A stretch of DNA of 63,411 bases, counting the filler, from Folioceros fuciformis (Eukaryota): assembly GCA_049999805.1 (NCBI GenBank). It is 14 parts of 14 records of this genome, joined end to end, with 100 filler letters (N's around TTAATTAATTAA, not from the genome) between each part and the next. Parts side by side here need not be neighbours in the genome. Positions count along the whole stretch, not along the records: positions 61,058 to 63,411 come from JBNGIO010001183.1; 13 more parts are not named here. One strand, 5' to 3'. Made by a program: the position numbers and the translations under genes. The notes under the pieces are model-generated. The model did not search any database, was not told the DNA's origin, and saw only the letters and a list, made by a program, of their open reading frames with translations. This document shows, one piece after another, positions 62,024 through 63,411 of the stretch. Numbering within the stretch: the stretch's first letter is position 1; every line of letters begins with the position of its first letter.

Positions 62024-63411
62024 TCACAATGTATCACTTGGAGCACACATTGGGCAAAACCAATGCCCGTTAGGCACCGCCTCCAATGGTGGTTCCAGAC
62101 AAGAAATATCCCATCCATCATTGCATCTATCACACAACAACATGCAATGATAACTACCCGGGTCTCCACATCCTTTACAAGCAAATCCCTTTCTTGGTAC
62201 AAAAGCTTGCACATCAATTGCCTAGTTCAAGCGAGGCAAATGGCATGGCGCACAATTTTTCCAAACAAGTTGTGTCATCCCTCCCTTCAAGCTCCAAGAC
62301 TCGAATTGGCCTCATACTTCTCACCCTCAATATTATCTTGATGGCACTTGTATCAACTGTTGTCAACGTCTTGCTTTGCAAGTACAAATAATCCCCTACT
62401 TCAAATTTCCTTATTTTAGGTCTAAAATGGCCACTCCTTGTTTTCCTATATCTCAACTCATCTCTATGTTGAGCTATTAACAAATTATCCATTGCCTTAG
62501 GCATAACCCTCTTAAACAACTCCGCTCTATACATGACTGTCTTTAATCACTGATTGGGATCATCTAGCTCCACGACAATGTTCATCTTGTCTCCTAACAT
62601 CCCAGAGAAAATTGTGGTCTTCGCCCAAACAATAACATGTAAAGCAAAAACTTTCCCAAAGATGTCTGTCTGCTCATTCGTATAACCTATTGCAAGAAAA
62701 GGTAACATTCTATCCCACTCATTTTTGTCCGTCACCAATCAATATTTCCTCAAAGCTCTCTTACACGTCTGTATCATCCTCTTTGCCAAACCATCAGCCT
62801 CTATATGATTCCTATACGTGGCCCAATGATTAATAAGATACTCATTAAAAGTTCATCAAATTCCCACATAAATTCTTTGCCGTAATCTATCACAACTTCT
62901 GCACAAGCTCCAAACATACTCAATACATGATTGAGGAATGCTTCCCTAACATTTGCCGCCTTCTCTTCTCTTAAGTGAACCAGGACTATTCACTTTGAGA
63001 AATGTTCTATCATTACTAATATATATTTGAAATCTCTTCAGGTGACTTGGGAGCTCTCTAGCCAAATCCAAACTCCATCTATAAAACATTCCTTTGATAG
63101 GCGACGGATGAAGCTGAGAAGTTTTATCTGAAAAAATCCGCTTTCACCCTATCACATATCTCACAAATATGTACCACCTTCTCCATCACATCCATCATTC
63201 CCTTCCAATAATAAATATTCATAAGTAAACTTAATGTTATCTTTCTACCAAAATGCCCCAACTTTTTATGAATTTTTCTTGCCAAAATTATTCTTTCTTC
63301 CAGCCTAGGCATTGCCTTCATATTTTCCTTAAACAACAACTTACCATCAACCCACATGTATCTTCTACTTCGCTTTGTTACTCTATCATTTTCTTCATAG
63401 TCAACATCTTC
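62024..63411 (-). mobile_element. Decayed Ty3/gypsy integrase with a C-terminal PHD finger
   Basis: H2C2 zinc domain IHKKLGHFG..YYWKGM..CEICDRVKA, degraded core (MFYRWSLD, WDRMLPFLAIGY), NLLIAQHRD..FEVGDYLYL, then CKGC..MLLCDRCNDGWDISCLEPPLEAVPNGHWFCPMC. Confidence 0.9.

Overview
This is eukaryotic land-plant nuclear DNA, not one locus. It consists of 14 short fragments joined by 13 artificial 100-nt spacers (44 N + TTAATTAATTAA + 44 N), so adjacency across a spacer means nothing. Host genes: fumarylacetoacetase and SF3B2/SAP145 (tail-to-tail), an intronless HHP/PAQR gene, a trihelix transcription factor, tRNA-Gly(UCC), a CYP71-clan P450, FAM91A1, the C-terminus of a DYW:KP-type PPR protein, and a tandem-duplicated [root-cap-domain gene + PMEI-PME] unit. 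The KP-type DYW domain and short introns suggest a seed-free plant (hornwort, lycophyte or fern); this is inference. The rest is mostly mobile DNA: one near-intact Ty1/copia with both LTRs, three decayed copia remnants, PIF/Harbinger and LINE remnants, and a Ty3/gypsy integrase with a PHD finger. Most notable: (1) a relic resembling a prokaryote-type N4/N6 DNA methyltransferase; (2) a KP-type DYW domain ending in DHK (candidate U-to-C editor); (3) related copia elements with different extra ORFs, a sense coiled-coil ORF before gag and an antisense AT-hook ORF after RNase H; (4) an unnamed protein domain found in three divergent copies in mobile-looking DNA. All calls are by eye from translation and motif recognition; no searches were run.
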